Below, piece by piece: positions 38,653 through 48,082 of a stretch of DNA of 64,000 bases; position 1 is the first letter of the stretch, and each line of letters starts with the position of its first letter. Below the pieces are notes generated by a model that saw nothing but the letters and a program-made list of their open reading frames with translations, was not told where the DNA came from and did not search any database. The stretch is taken from the sequence record MK817115.1. The stretch is one strand, 5' to 3'. The translations under genes were made by a program, and so were the position numbers.

Positions 38653-38921
38653 AATAAGTACCCCACTTCGTTAGCTTTCAGGTTAGTATCAATCATCAGT
38701 GGATTTTTGTAGTTCACAAAACGATTAGTTTTCTCGATAGCGAATCCCATATAATCCAGCTTACTAACAGTACATTCATTCTTAAAAACTTCTTTCGCTG
38801 CATTGATGGCTGATTCAATTGATAACCGACCATCTAAGTTAATGTTTCCAAATGATCCACCAGCAGAAGTAGGATTACCGTTCATATCTTTAATGATCAT
38901 AGTAGCGGAGTAGCTAGACAT
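38649..38921 (-). CDS. early hypothetical protein
   Basis: 90 aa behind class A cassette. Confidence 0.8.
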   Translation of the reverse strand: MSSYSATMIIKDMNGNPTSAGGSFGNINLDGRLSIESAINAAKEVFKNECTVSKLDYMGFAIEKTNRFVNYKNPLMIDTNLKANEVGYLL

Positions 38922-39005
38922 AATTTTGTTTCCTTTTAGTATCGGGGAGAACTATTCTCCCCTTGATGTAAACTATTATACAGTACTAAGATACTTTGTC
39001 AATAC

Positions 39006-39227
39006 TTAATTACGTTTAAAATGATATGTGCCTTTATCATCCTGTACGCCCCATACTGATTTACCATCAACACCAGTGAAACCGGATTGTAATTCAATAT
39101 GGAAACCATTATTATCAACTACAAAAACTTTTTTATTTTCATCCCGATAACATTGATATTCTGAATCAACATTAAAGGCCGCATCATTCAGAAGATTGGA
39201 AGCGTAAATGCAAGTCATTGTAGTCAT
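39006..39227 (-). CDS. early hypothetical protein
   Basis: Start trimmed to MTTMTC. Confidence 0.8.
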   Translation of the reverse strand: MTTMTCIYASNLLNDAAFNVDSEYQCYRDENKKVFVVDNNGFHIELQSGFTGVDGKSVWGVQDDKGTYHFKRN

Positions 39228-39360
39228 GATTTTATTCCTTATTGCCAGGGAGAACCATTTCCCCCTCTCGATATAAAACATTATACTTGATTCTAAGTAC
39301 AATGCAAGTACTTTTTATCAAATACTTTAAAATAGTTTTCAGTACTGAATACTTATATAA

Positions 39361-39447
39361 TAGATACACTTATGCACCCTGTGGGTCAGTGAGTTATCTC
39401 TCAATGAATATATATTAGCAAAGGGACTGACCGGAGTCAATCCCTTT
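39361..39447 (-). promoter_or_regulatory. class B unit
   Basis: Hairpin 39420-39447; TTGACT-17-TAATAT; motif 39374-39385. Confidence 0.8.
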
Positions 39448-39458
39448 TTTAATCTTTT

Positions 39459-40043
39459 TTATCGTGTTATAGTTACGGCTTTTACATCACGCTTTTTATA
39501 GTACTGATTCCAGATATTGCGGGTTAAACCGTAATCAAGTACTTTAATAAGTCCATTACGATCCTGGCCGATATTCTGTTTTCTGATATCTCTTATCGTT
39601 AGTGTTGATAATGTATCATCGACGTGTTGTAGTGCATCAGCAAAGCGGTGCTGGCGTTCAATGGCATTACGTTTAATATTGTACTTTAATTCGTTGCACG
39701 CGTTAACGTGCTTCACACTGCCTTTACTTGCAGTACTCAACCGATCCATAACGATAAACATATTATCAGGATCGCATAAATGCATATGCACCTTTGCAAA
39801 GTACTGTTTCAATTGAGGGCGGTCATAGTCTAAAAAATTCCATACCTTACATTCAGTTTCATTTTGTTCTACACCCGCATCACAATTGGCGACCTTAATC
39901 ACTAACCGATCATTTAAAGCGAATACGATACGGGAAGAACCCGCCCCGATGATCTCCAGGCCAGCTAACCGACAAGCTGAAAGGATCTCTTTGTTGGTTT
40001 CCATTTCTGACAGTGTACGGATGAATTTAGTATAATTACGCAT
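39459..40043 (-). CDS. Ser/Thr protein kinase-like protein
   Basis: IGAGSSRIV (Gly loop), VIK, alphaC Glu, DIRKQN (catalytic loop), DYG; start trimmed to MRNYTK. Confidence 0.8.
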   Translation of the reverse strand: MRNYTKFIRTLSEMETNKEILSACRLAGLEIIGAGSSRIVFALNDRLVIKVANCDAGVEQNETECKVWNFLDYDRPQLKQYFAKVHMHLCDPDNMFIVMDRLSTASKGSVKHVNACNELKYNIKRNAIERQHRFADALQHVDDTLSTLTIRDIRKQNIGQDRNGLIKVLDYGLTRNIWNQYYKKRDVKAVTITR

Positions 40044-40074
40044 TGCATGTTCTCCTTGAGTTAATGAAACTATC

Positions 40075-40317
40075 TTACAGTACTTTACTATCAATGGCAA
40101 CCACTTTTTTCACACTAACCGCGTGAATCACTTCCTTAGTGTTTTTAGTACTGAATACTTTCGCTGTTCCTTGTTCTACTGCAATGCGATAACGACCGTT
40201 AACATCAACCATATTAATAAAGTCCGGTGTACTAAACCGAGTAGTACGGCATTTCAGTACTGTTAACAATTCCACCAGCGATGTAGTTTCTTTGATACGT
40301 TTTTCTAAAGTAATCAT
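40075..40317 (-). CDS. early hypothetical protein
   Basis: 80 aa with own promoter. Confidence 0.75.
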   Translation of the reverse strand: MITLEKRIKETTSLVELLTVLKCRTTRFSTPDFINMVDVNGRYRIAVEQGTAKVFSTKNTKEVIHAVSVKKVVAIDSKVL

Positions 40318-40375
40318 TTTGTTTTCCCCCGTGTTGGTATGTACATATAGTACTAAAACATTTGAGTACTGTCAA

Positions 40376-40594
40376 TTAGATAATAGAATATTTCTTTAGT
40401 GATAATGCGTCTTCTGTCGGTTGATATTCTACACCGTTCCCGTTATCAACCTTAGTGAGTAAACCTTTATCAATGAGTTTTTTGATGGTACGGTTTCCCT
40501 GTTGAAAACTGGTGAAGTGTGAATCATTACGAAAGGTATAACCGTGCTTCACTGCTTCATCAATAGTTTTCTTTTCGATTTTAGATAATTTCAT
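40376..40594 (-). CDS. early hypothetical protein (possible wHTH)
   Basis: Start trimmed to MKLSK; TIKKLIDKGLLTKV resembles a wHTH recognition helix/wing. Confidence 0.7.
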   Translation of the reverse strand: MKLSKIEKKTIDEAVKHGYTFRNDSHFTSFQQGNRTIKKLIDKGLLTKVDNGNGVEYQPTEDALSLKKYSII

Positions 40595-40650
40595 TTTGTT
40601 TCTCTCTCTGTGTTGGTATAGATACATAATACTAAAACAATTGAGTACTG

Positions 40651-40905
40651 TCAACGTGATATTAGTTTTATTTTTTTATTGTATTGTTGGTGTTCATATA
40701 GATTAATTTTTCCAGTACTCTCAATTACTATTCTATTGTTAGTGTCTACATCGATAACACGTAGTTTCCCGTTGCTTAACTTCCTGGGTAATAGACTACC
40801 ATTAATAAACTCATTAGCAAGCTGTACGGCCTTTGTGATGATTCTCTGTGGTGCTTTATAGTGTACCCGCAAGATATTATCTTTAGATAGTTGTACCTTC
40901 ATCAT
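40651..40905 (-). CDS. hypothetical protein, possibly ParE/RelE-like fold
   Basis: KA...PRKL...IDVDTNNRIV...LYEHQQYN pattern. Confidence 0.4.
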   Translation of the reverse strand: MMKVQLSKDNILRVHYKAPQRIITKAVQLANEFINGSLLPRKLSNGKLRVIDVDTNNRIVIESTGKINLYEHQQYNKKIKLISR

Positions 40906-40920
40906 TTTAGTTTATCCTAT

Positions 40921-40946
40921 AAAAAAAGGCGGGAACTGAACCCGCC
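40921..40946 (-). terminator. rho-independent terminator
   Basis: GGCGGG-7nt-CCCGCC + T7 on minus. Confidence 0.75.
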
Positions 40947-40969
40947 GTGTTGTTAGTACTGCAAAGTTA

Positions 40970-41374
40970 TTAGATAACCTGGCGGCGTTTACTGTATACT
41001 GTTACACGGTTTCCTTTACGGTCATGACGGATCTCTTTCTGGTTACGAATCAGTTCACTTGGACGCTTAAGGTTTGCCAGGTGATCCGCGTGAGTCCATG
41101 CATTTGCGTTAACTGTAACTTCAATATCAGAACCTTTCAAAAAGTCATCTTGAGCGTTCAGTACTTCAGCCAGTTCTTGAGCTTGCTTTAGTTCTGCTTC
41201 AGTAAGTACAGGCTCAGGTGAATTCACAATATCAGAGATCTCTTTGAACTGTACCGCCCAGCGTTGTCCTTTCGGTGCATCTTTGCCCATGTCTTTAAAT
41301 GTTTCACCTTCTTCACGAGCAACGATGCGAGCTTGTTCACGGGTAGCGAAGAATTTAGTAATCATGGTGTACAT
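40970..41374 (-). CDS. early hypothetical protein, paralog of 52987..53253
   Basis: FATREQARI...FKDMG...DRKGNRVTVY. Confidence 0.85.
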   Translation of the reverse strand: MYTMITKFFATREQARIVAREEGETFKDMGKDAPKGQRWAVQFKEISDIVNSPEPVLTEAELKQAQELAEVLNAQDDFLKGSDIEVTVNANAWTHADHLANLKRPSELIRNQKEIRHDRKGNRVTVYSKRRQVI

Positions 41375-41464
41375 CCTATTAGTTAAGTTAATTAGTACTA
41401 CAAGTTAGAGTCTATTATAAAGTACTATCTGGGCAATGTCAAATAGTACTTTAAATGGATTCTA

Positions 41465-41788
41465 TTACATGTCTTTTTTACGTTTTACATCGTAGTAACG
41501 AACTGTAATTTCTTTGTTGATCTCATCCTCAATTCTGTGTAGTACTTTCTCTTTCGGGTTGAAACCTATTACAGTTTCTTTAATGATCTCCAAGCCCGTG
41601 TATTCGCCTTGTGTACCGTAACCGTAAGTAAAGGTTTCATGTCCCAGGTCTTCCCAGCGGTCACCAATCAATGCAGACACGTAGCATGAGTGGTAAGTAT
41701 TGCCGTGGCTATCAGTCCACCGATTAACTTTAATGTCAAAGGAAGTTACAATTTTCATTTCTACTTTCTGGGCAAGGATCATAGTCAT
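41465..41788 (-). CDS. early hypothetical protein, paralog of 47657..48001
   Basis: RW...GNTY...F.YGYG...DVKRKKD. Confidence 0.85.
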   Translation of the reverse strand: MTMILAQKVEMKIVTSFDIKVNRWTDSHGNTYHSCYVSALIGDRWEDLGHETFTYGYGTQGEYTGLEIIKETVIGFNPKEKVLHRIEDEINKEITVRYYDVKRKKDM

Positions 41789-41875
41789 TTTAATTTCTCT
41801 CTTTTTGTTAGGAAGGGAACCATTCCCCTCACTTGATGTAAACTATTATACAGTACTAAGATACTTTGTCAATAC

Positions 41876-42151
41876 TTAAGTATTGTAAATGTCGTGAATA
41901 GTGATAAAGTTTTTACGACCGTAAACATGTAAATCAGTATCAATGTAGTGCTTATCAAGTACATCCTCGACGCTTAAAGCCGTGTCGTGAATATCTTCAT
42001 AGAATTGTGGATCTACAATCTTACTTAAATCATCCGGCGTTAACTTATCATTGAGCCATTGCACCGCCTGGATATCTGCATCACGTTTCCAGTCTTCCAG
42101 GTTAGTAGTCAGTACTTGCTCGATTTCGTTAGCTGTCAGTAGAATCCGCAT
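41876..42151 (-). CDS. early hypothetical protein (acidic)
   Basis: 91 aa behind class A cassette. Confidence 0.8.
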   Translation of the reverse strand: MRILLTANEIEQVLTTNLEDWKRDADIQAVQWLNDKLTPDDLSKIVDPQFYEDIHDTALSVEDVLDKHYIDTDLHVYGRKNFITIHDIYNT

Positions 42152-42240
42152 TTTAATTTCTCTCTTTGTTAGGTGGGGAACTATTCCCCACTTGATGTAA
42201 AATATTATACAGTACTAAAAACTATTGTCAAACTATTTTA

Positions 42241-42441
42241 TCAAATTGTTTCCCATTTCATGTTACCCGCTTTACGCTGTGAAACAGGAATAAACATGTT
42301 ATTAATGTTACTAATATAACCGACCTGTAAGTCACGCTGTGAACCATACGCCCGACTTGCTGCATTTTTAGCACCGCGTTCTGATTTATAAACGCCGCTG
42401 GATACTGTAAAGCCTACTACACCGAAAGTAAAATGTTTCAT
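42241..42441 (-). CDS. early hypothetical protein
   Basis: 66 aa with promoter and GAGG RBS. Confidence 0.8.
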   Translation of the reverse strand: MKHFTFGVVGFTVSSGVYKSERGAKNAASRAYGSQRDLQVGYISNINNMFIPVSQRKAGNMKWETI

Positions 42442-42492
42442 TTTGTATTCCTCTTTGTGGTTGATGTAAGTATTATACTCGTTTAATTTCTA

Positions 42493-42643
42493 TTGTCAAA
42501 CTATTTTATCAGGGGAGGTTTTCGTATGTCTTACTCCTGGACTACTTAACGGGGTTACTTATTTCGTTCCCCGTCCTGATGTAAAACATTATACTTGATT
42601 CTAAGTACAATGCAAGTACTTTTTAAAAATAGTTTTCAGTACT
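42493..42643 (-). repeat. ORF-less ~150-bp module (copy 1), candidate sRNA
   Basis: Near-identical to 52299-52451. Confidence 0.75.
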
Positions 42644-42670
42644 TGATAGTACTAGCCACCAGCATATAAT

Positions 42671-42751
42671 AGATACATTTATGCACCCTGTGGGTTAGAT
42701 TGTTTCTATGCATATATAATAGCAAAGGGACTGACCGGAGTCAATCCCTTT
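42671..42751 (-). promoter_or_regulatory. class B unit
   Basis: Hairpin 42724-42751; TTGACT-17-TATTAT; motif 42683-42694. Confidence 0.8.
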
Positions 42752-42762
42752 TTTAAATCTTT

Positions 42763-42912
42763 TTAAACTTGTTTTGGGTTGCGATATGTGATAGCGTTCG
42801 GGTACATTTGTTTAATGTTATTCCATGCCTGGTTAACATTGTAACCACTTGATCGAATCAGTTGGTTACTTCCTACGCCCTGAAACACTACTTCGAATAA
42901 GAATTCTTTCAT
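42763..42912 (-). CDS. small early protein (49 aa)
   Basis: Hand-translated MKEFLFEVVFQG...; ATGA-coupled. Confidence 0.65.
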   Translation of the reverse strand: MKEFLFEVVFQGVGSNQLIRSSGYNVNQAWNNIKQMYPNAITYRNPKQV

Positions 42913-43079
42913 GCTGCAATCCCCTCTGATTTACCTTTACGCCAGGCGTTAGCCAGTTCATTACGTTGCCATACATCCAATGCAATGTATAGTTTAGCAG
43001 TATCCCCTTTAGGGTATTCGCCAGTAGTGCCTAACCGATAAAACAGATCTTTCAGTACTGATAATTCTACTTGGATCAT
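42909..43079 (-). CDS. small early protein (56 aa)
   Basis: Hand-translated MIQVELSVLKDL...; AGGAG RBS. Confidence 0.65.
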   Translation of the reverse strand: MIQVELSVLKDLFYRLGTTGEYPKGDTAKLYIALDVWQRNELANAWRKGKSEGIAA

Positions 43080-43185
43080 TGTATTACTCCTGATTGTGTT
43101 AGTACTTCTACGATGGCATGAATGATCATAAGTACAGCTAACACAACAATCATCGGATTCATTTGCATAAGCTGTACTCCTTCTA

Positions 43186-43398
43186 TTAATCTTTCAGCCA
43201 ATGATCTTGAATGAATTTTTCACAGAATCCCTGTTTCATAGATTCTAACAGGCGTTCACGGTGAGCGGCGGCATATTGCTCAGTACTATGCGTTACGCCA
43301 GGTTGATAACGTGAAACACCGTCCGGTCCGATATATTGAACATCCCACGGTTTTTCGTTAGTATCAGACCATTTACGAACGATTAGTTGACCTTGCAT
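43186..43398 (-). CDS. early hypothetical protein
   Basis: 70 aa behind class A cassette. Confidence 0.8.
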   Translation of the reverse strand: MQGQLIVRKWSDTNEKPWDVQYIGPDGVSRYQPGVTHSTEQYAAAHRERLLESMKQGFCEKFIQDHWLKD

Positions 43399-43483
43399 GT
43401 TTCTTTCCTCTTAGTGGGGAGAATCATTTCTCCCCTTCATGTAAACTATTATACAGTACTATAATCTATTGTCCAGTACTTTT

Positions 43484-43678
43484 TTACAGTTTATGAATCA
43501 ATTCTTTATCTAAGCGATAGCGTACATTATTAATGGTAACAGCATTATTTTTAATGCTACGCTGTACTGGCCCACCAGCAATAACAAACGTTGCTTTATT
43601 ACCCCGAACAATGATAGCACTACCAGGATTGCCAAAATCATCTTGTACTAAAATACTTGATAAGTTTTCCATTTTCAT
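43484..43678 (-). CDS. early hypothetical protein
   Basis: 64 aa behind class A cassette. Confidence 0.8.
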   Translation of the reverse strand: MKMENLSSILVQDDFGNPGSAIIVRGNKATFVIAGGPVQRSIKNNAVTINNVRYRLDKELIHKL

Positions 43679-43750
43679 TTCCTCTTAGTAGGGGAAGACG
43701 TTTCCCCTTGATGTAAGTACTATAACAGTACTGGAAACTAAATGCAAGTA

Positions 43751-44107
43751 CTACGATAAAATCATGATAGGATATTCACTATCGATCAGTACTTCAAATC
43801 CAAAACTTTCATACCATTCTTTAAGATTAAAGGCGTTATCTTCTCCCGTATCGCATTCTAAAATGATACAATCTGAATCATCGGCGGCATCAATAAAGGC
43901 GTTCATCAATTCCGTACCTTCACCATTACCCCGACTAGCAGGATCAACATAAAGAGAATCAATAAACGCTACACGGTCATAATCAAGATCCGGTGCAATG
44001 ATTCCACGTTTAACAAACCAGTACTGCAATTGTGCTACTTTGCCCTGTACTTGATAGCCAGTGATCTCGCCATTGTCAGTAGTACGCGTGGTATGTTGTA
44101 TTCCCAT
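43751..44107 (-). CDS. GNAT family N-acetyltransferase
   Basis: IDSLYVDPASRGNGEGTELM (motif A), WYESFGF. Confidence 0.88.
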   Translation of the reverse strand: MGIQHTTRTTDNGEITGYQVQGKVAQLQYWFVKRGIIAPDLDYDRVAFIDSLYVDPASRGNGEGTELMNAFIDAADDSDCIILECDTGEDNAFNLKEWYESFGFEVLIDSEYPIMILS

Positions 44108-44170
44108 GATTTCTATCCTCAGTTAAGATATAAAATATTATACACTATCTTTCAGTACTGTCAATACTTT

Positions 44171-44428
44171 TTATCTCATAGATCTATGCCAACAATTACG
44201 CGGATCTCTTTTAAAAGTACTATCATGATCCTCCTGGCAAGTTATGCAATACTTACATCCCTTAACAGCCTGGCGGCGATTCTCAGGGATTTTATCGCCA
44301 CAGTCGAGGCAATGTATCAGTGATTCTATTTGTGCGTTAATTTGCTTTCTAGCGTGGTTTACGGCGGCCTGAATCACTGCGTTAATCTCGTCTTGCTCGG
44401 CCCCGTCTTTCGCGAATCCTACAGCCAT
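44171..44428 (-). CDS. DksA/TraR C4 zinc-finger protein (YbiI-like)
   Basis: MAVGFAKDGAEQDEI...CLDCGDKIPENRRQAVKGCKYCITCQE. Confidence 0.9.
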   Translation of the reverse strand: MAVGFAKDGAEQDEINAVIQAAVNHARKQINAQIESLIHCLDCGDKIPENRRQAVKGCKYCITCQEDHDSTFKRDPRNCWHRSMR

Positions 44429-44625
44429 TATTTTAACTTTTTTCTGTCATTGATTAATGCTTTCAGTACTATACTAATGATTTGCAATGATTCATCAATA
44501 ACTATAAAATTATTTTCTTTCATTAGATGATAGTTACCATTGATATTATATTCTAACGAGTACTGTTTACGTTTAATTTTTGATAATGTTTCTATTTGTT
44601 TTTGTACTGATTTCATGCTAATCAT
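44428..44625 (-). CDS. early hypothetical protein
   Basis: 65 aa, coupled to next gene. Confidence 0.7.
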   Translation of the reverse strand: MISMKSVQKQIETLSKIKRKQYSLEYNINGNYHLMKENNFIVIDESLQIISIVLKALINDRKKLK

Positions 44626-44698
44626 TGTTAAACGTCCTGTAACGCATTCTAACGAGATAAACGGTTTAGTACTGGCATTGTATAGGGTAATGGATTAA

Positions 44699-44724
44699 AG
44701 CCCACCAGCGTTAACCAGTGGGCT
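44699..44724 (-). terminator. terminator, AGCCCAC...GTGGGCT type
   Basis: 7-bp stem; short U-tract. Confidence 0.55.
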
Positions 44725-44730
44725 ATAATC

Positions 44731-44874
44731 TTACATCTTGCGGATAATCTTAACAGTATCTTTCACCGATTTACCGTTTTGCTGACATTGTTCGATCATC
44801 GCGTATTGTTCTGCGGTCAGATCCTCGCCAGTTTTTGCCAGTACTGCATCGATGAATGAATCTAGTGCGATCAT
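44731..44874 (-). CDS. small early protein (47 aa)
   Basis: Hand-translated MIALDSFIDAVL... Confidence 0.6.
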   Translation of the reverse strand: MIALDSFIDAVLAKTGEDLTAEQYAMIEQCQQNGKSVKDTVKIIRKM

Positions 44875-44973
44875 TTTGTTTCTCTCTTAGGTTAAGTTAA
44901 CTACTGTTTATAAAACTTATTATACAGTACTATCAAACTATGTCAATATCTTTAATAGTACTGGTAATATATT

Positions 44974-45153
44974 TTAGCGGTAGTCGTCGTATGCTTTATT
45001 CACCTGGCGAATGTAACTTTCAAAGGCTTCGTCTACCGTTTCATACTCCCGAACATAATCACCATAGGAAACTACATACATCCCTTTTTGATCTTCAAAC
45101 GTCATGATGATAGAATCCAGGCCGATGATTTCAGTTTTTGCGATGATAGCCAT
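44974..45153 (-). CDS. small early protein (59 aa)
   Basis: Hand-translated MAIIAKTEIIGL...; AAGGA RBS. Confidence 0.65.
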   Translation of the reverse strand: MAIIAKTEIIGLDSIIMTFEDQKGMYVVSYGDYVREYETVDEAFESYIRQVNKAYDDYR

Positions 45154-45234
45154 TTTTAATTCCTTAGTAGTGTAGTTGATAAAACTTATTATACAGTACT
45201 ATCAAACTATGTCAATAGTACTGTGATAATATTT

Positions 45235-45447
45235 TTAGTTAATGATAGTCAGTGTAAAATTGTAATCCCCTGCCTGGTATAGTACTTTGTCGCCGAACGT
45301 ACCAACACGTTTCATATTGCAATAGATACCCATAACACTTTTTACATCTTTGATATTCCGAACGCCTGTGATATCCTTGTTGAAATTTTCATGATCAGAA
45401 AATAAAACTTGTTTTGCATTTTTCAGTACAGTGCAGATATTAGCCAT
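45235..45447 (-). CDS. early hypothetical protein
   Basis: 70 aa behind class A cassette. Confidence 0.8.
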   Translation of the reverse strand: MANICTVLKNAKQVLFSDHENFNKDITGVRNIKDVKSVMGIYCNMKRVGTFGDKVLYQAGDYNFTLTIIN

Positions 45448-45540
45448 TTTGATTTCTCTTTGTTAGTGGGGAGAACTATTCTCCCCTTGATGTAACTTAT
45501 TATACAGTACTATAATCTATTGTCAAACTATTTTTTAATA

Positions 45541-45882
45541 TTATTCAAAATCTTCTGGACCGGACTGATAATCATCTTCACCGTATGCACTTTCTAACTT
45601 CTCGCCAGTGTGATCATCAGTTAGTGAGTCATCCTCATAGTTCACGTCTACGCCCGTGATGTAAAACTGGCTATCGTCTGGATCATTGAAATTAATTTTC
45701 TGAATGTTTACAATAACGGTATTGATGCCCAGGACACCGCCATCAGCAGTTACAAAGTACTGATAGTTTTCACAACCGCCTGTATTGAAACCGTAATTAA
45801 TTTCGGCCCGACCATCATTTAAACGCAGTGCCTGGGCGATGATTTCGTTTTCAAAGTTAGATTGAGCAATTGAGATAGTCAT
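45541..45882 (-). CDS. early hypothetical protein (acidic)
   Basis: YFVTADGGVL...VNYEDDSL...IESAY-type motif; start trimmed to MTISIA. Confidence 0.8.
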   Translation of the reverse strand: MTISIAQSNFENEIIAQALRLNDGRAEINYGFNTGGCENYQYFVTADGGVLGINTVIVNIQKINFNDPDDSQFYITGVDVNYEDDSLTDDHTGEKLESAYGEDDYQSGPEDFE

Positions 45883-46002
45883 GATTCGTTTCCTTATTAC
45901 CAGGGGAAACCGTTTCCCCTCTCGATGTAAAACATTATACGCCAATTGAGATAGTTTGCAAGTACTTTTTAAAAATAGTTTTCAGTACTCAATACTTATA
46001 TA

Positions 46003-46091
46003 ATAGATACACTTATGCACCCGGTGGGCTAGTGAGCTATCTCTCAATGAATATATAATAGCAAAATGGCTGACCGAAGTCAACCACTTTT
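46003..46091 (-). promoter_or_regulatory. class B unit with compensatory stem changes
   Basis: GTGGTTGAC-TTCG-GTCAGCCAT; TTGACT-17-TATTAT; motif 46017-46028. Confidence 0.8.
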
Positions 46092-46096
46092 TTCAT

Positions 46097-46231
46097 TTAT
46101 TTTTTAGCTTTCAGTACTGCCGCCTTTCGCGTCATGCCTTGCTTAATGTACTCCTTTACTTTCGCTTTACGTGCTTTCGCTTTATCTGCTTTCGTTTTAG
46201 GAGTACTGTAAATTAAACCGTTAGGATTCAT
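46097..46231 (-). CDS. small very basic protein (44 aa)
   Basis: Hand-translated MNPNGLIYSTPKTKADKAKARKAKVK... Confidence 0.55.
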   Translation of the reverse strand: MNPNGLIYSTPKTKADKAKARKAKVKEYIKQGMTRKAAVLKAKK

Positions 46232-46317
46232 TTAAATCACCATAAAGAATAGATAGGTTACTAACAATGCCGCGATCAATGCACCGATCACCGCTGAACT
46301 GTAATAAGCTAATGATT

Positions 46318-46470
46318 TCATTTTTTAGCCTGGAAGTAATGTTTAATTTGTGCGGCGGTCAGTGCACAATTACGCAGGAAGTTTTCTGTATAACTGCGGC
46401 GAGTACTGAAAGAGAATTGACCTTTGCCGTTACCGATAGTAACATCAAACCGAGCGTTGTATTGTTTCAT
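46318..46470 (-). CDS. small early protein (50 aa)
   Basis: Start trimmed to MKQYNARF. Confidence 0.7.
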   Translation of the reverse strand: MKQYNARFDVTIGNGKGQFSFSTRRSYTENFLRNCALTAAQIKHYFQAKK

Positions 46471-46551
46471 TTTGTTTCTCCTGTTATTGGGGAGAATCAT
46501 TTCTCCCCTTCATGTAAAACATTATACAGTACTAAAAACTAATTGCAAGTA

Positions 46552-46698
46552 CTATTTTTTAGATTTACGCAAACTTTCTACCATCTCAGGAGTAAGGCCA
46601 GGCGGGTAGGAAACCACTTCATCAACGAAACGTAAAGGGAATACCCCAGCGAAAGGTGAACATGCTTTCTTAGTATTACTCTTTTTTGATGCTTTCAT
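46552..46698 (-). CDS. small early protein (48 aa)
   Basis: Hand-translated MKASKKSNTKK...; behind class A cassette. Confidence 0.55.
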   Translation of the reverse strand: MKASKKSNTKKACSPFAGVFPLRFVDEVVSYPPGLTPEMVESLRKSKK

Positions 46699-46767
46699 TT
46701 CATATTCCTTAATTAGTGGAGAGAATCATTTCTCCCCTTCATGTAAAACATTATACGCGTTTAAAAA

Positions 46768-46977
46768 CTAATTGCAAGTATTATTTGAAAGTAAATGCTC
46801 ATACGCTGCATTAACTACGTTTTCAATAACCGACTGTACAGAAAGATCCCCCACGTCCTGGCTATAGTAGAAATCGCTTACAGTACTATCATCGTATGCA
46901 AATACTTTACCAGGATCTGCATCAATCACATACATATTAACCTTTAAGATGTCGATCTTATCCTGTACAGTAAGCAT
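46768..46977 (-). CDS. early hypothetical protein (acidic)
   Basis: 69 aa. Confidence 0.75.
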   Translation of the reverse strand: MLTVQDKIDILKVNMYVIDADPGKVFAYDDSTVSDFYYSQDVGDLSVQSVIENVVNAAYEHLLSNNTCN

Positions 46978-46982
46978 ATTAA

Positions 46983-47255
46983 TTAACCTTTTAAGTACTG
47001 GCTTAAGTAGTCTTGTTGATCTTCGGTGATTGCAGCCATCTTCCCTAGTACTGGATTGATGATATAATCCCCTGTAACGTCCTGTAACGCATTCTCAGGC
47101 GGTTTAACGGCTGGGGTAGCCATAGCCATTGCCTGGACTTGTTCGACGCTGTAACGCTCATAAAGGCGGCATTCTTCCGGTGTTAACATAGCATCAGTAC
47201 GCTTCATCGGTTTAATGATGCTTTCGATCTCATTCAGTACTTGATTAACGTTCAT
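46983..47255 (-). CDS. early hypothetical protein
   Basis: 90 aa. Confidence 0.75.
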   Translation of the reverse strand: MNVNQVLNEIESIIKPMKRTDAMLTPEECRLYERYSVEQVQAMAMATPAVKPPENALQDVTGDYIINPVLGKMAAITEDQQDYLSQYLKG

Positions 47256-47306
47256 GGTATAATCCCCAATATAAGCGGCCTAAATCGACCGCTAACGATG
47301 TTTTGA

Positions 47307-47576
47307 TTAATAGGTGTATGGTTGACGCTCAAACAATGAATAGACGTTATACGCCCCGCTTATGGGCTTCGCTGGTAAATCAATTTTATATTGTTCACGC
47401 TTAAAGATAATAAAACGGCAATTGTTTTTAACATCAAAATTGATTGAACGTTCCAGGAGTTTACCATCGTGCACAAATACAAGATAACCGCTCGCTACTT
47501 GTTTTGTAGTACTGGTTGCAACCATAGACCGCCGAACATGTGTACCTGCATCAATTAAAGTACTGATATTTTTCAT
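47307..47576 (-). CDS. early hypothetical protein
   Basis: 89 aa. Confidence 0.75.
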   Translation of the reverse strand: MKNISTLIDAGTHVRRSMVATSTTKQVASGYLVFVHDGKLLERSINFDVKNNCRFIIFKREQYKIDLPAKPISGAYNVYSLFERQPYTY

Positions 47577-47656
47577 TATACTATCTTCTTAAGTTAATTT
47601 AATTTCTTTCCCCTATGCAGACACTATATCAAAGTATCTGCATAAAGTAAAGCTAA

Positions 47657-48001
47657 TTAAAGATCTTTTTTGCGTTTAACATCAGTTACCGAACTGTAAA
47701 CAGTGATATTATTGTCACGGCAAAAACGGGAAAGATAAGAACCGCGTAAAAACTCTTTATCTTCCATATTAATAACCTTGCTAAATTCTTCCATTGCTAC
47801 AGTGTCAAAGTGATCCCCGTATCCATATTGGAACGGCACGTTTACTACTTCAATAAAATTACCATCAATTTCTACGTCTACACTTAAAGAGAAATAAGTG
47901 TTACCATATGAAGCCTGGAACCAACGCCGAGCGGCAATATGTACAACTTCAACAGAAGACAGGTTGATATTTTGTTTTGCGATAGTGTTGATATTAGCCA
48001 T
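47657..48001 (-). CDS. early hypothetical protein, paralog of 41465..41788
   Basis: RRWFQASYGNTY...FQYGYGD...DVKRKKDL. Confidence 0.85.
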   Translation of the reverse strand: MANINTIAKQNINLSSVEVVHIAARRWFQASYGNTYFSLSVDVEIDGNFIEVVNVPFQYGYGDHFDTVAMEEFSKVINMEDKEFLRGSYLSRFCRDNNITVYSSVTDVKRKKDL

Positions 48002-48082
48002 TTTAATTTCCTCTTAGTTGTCTTGATAAAATCTATTATGCCAGTACTATCAAACTATGTCAATAGTACTGTGATAATATTT

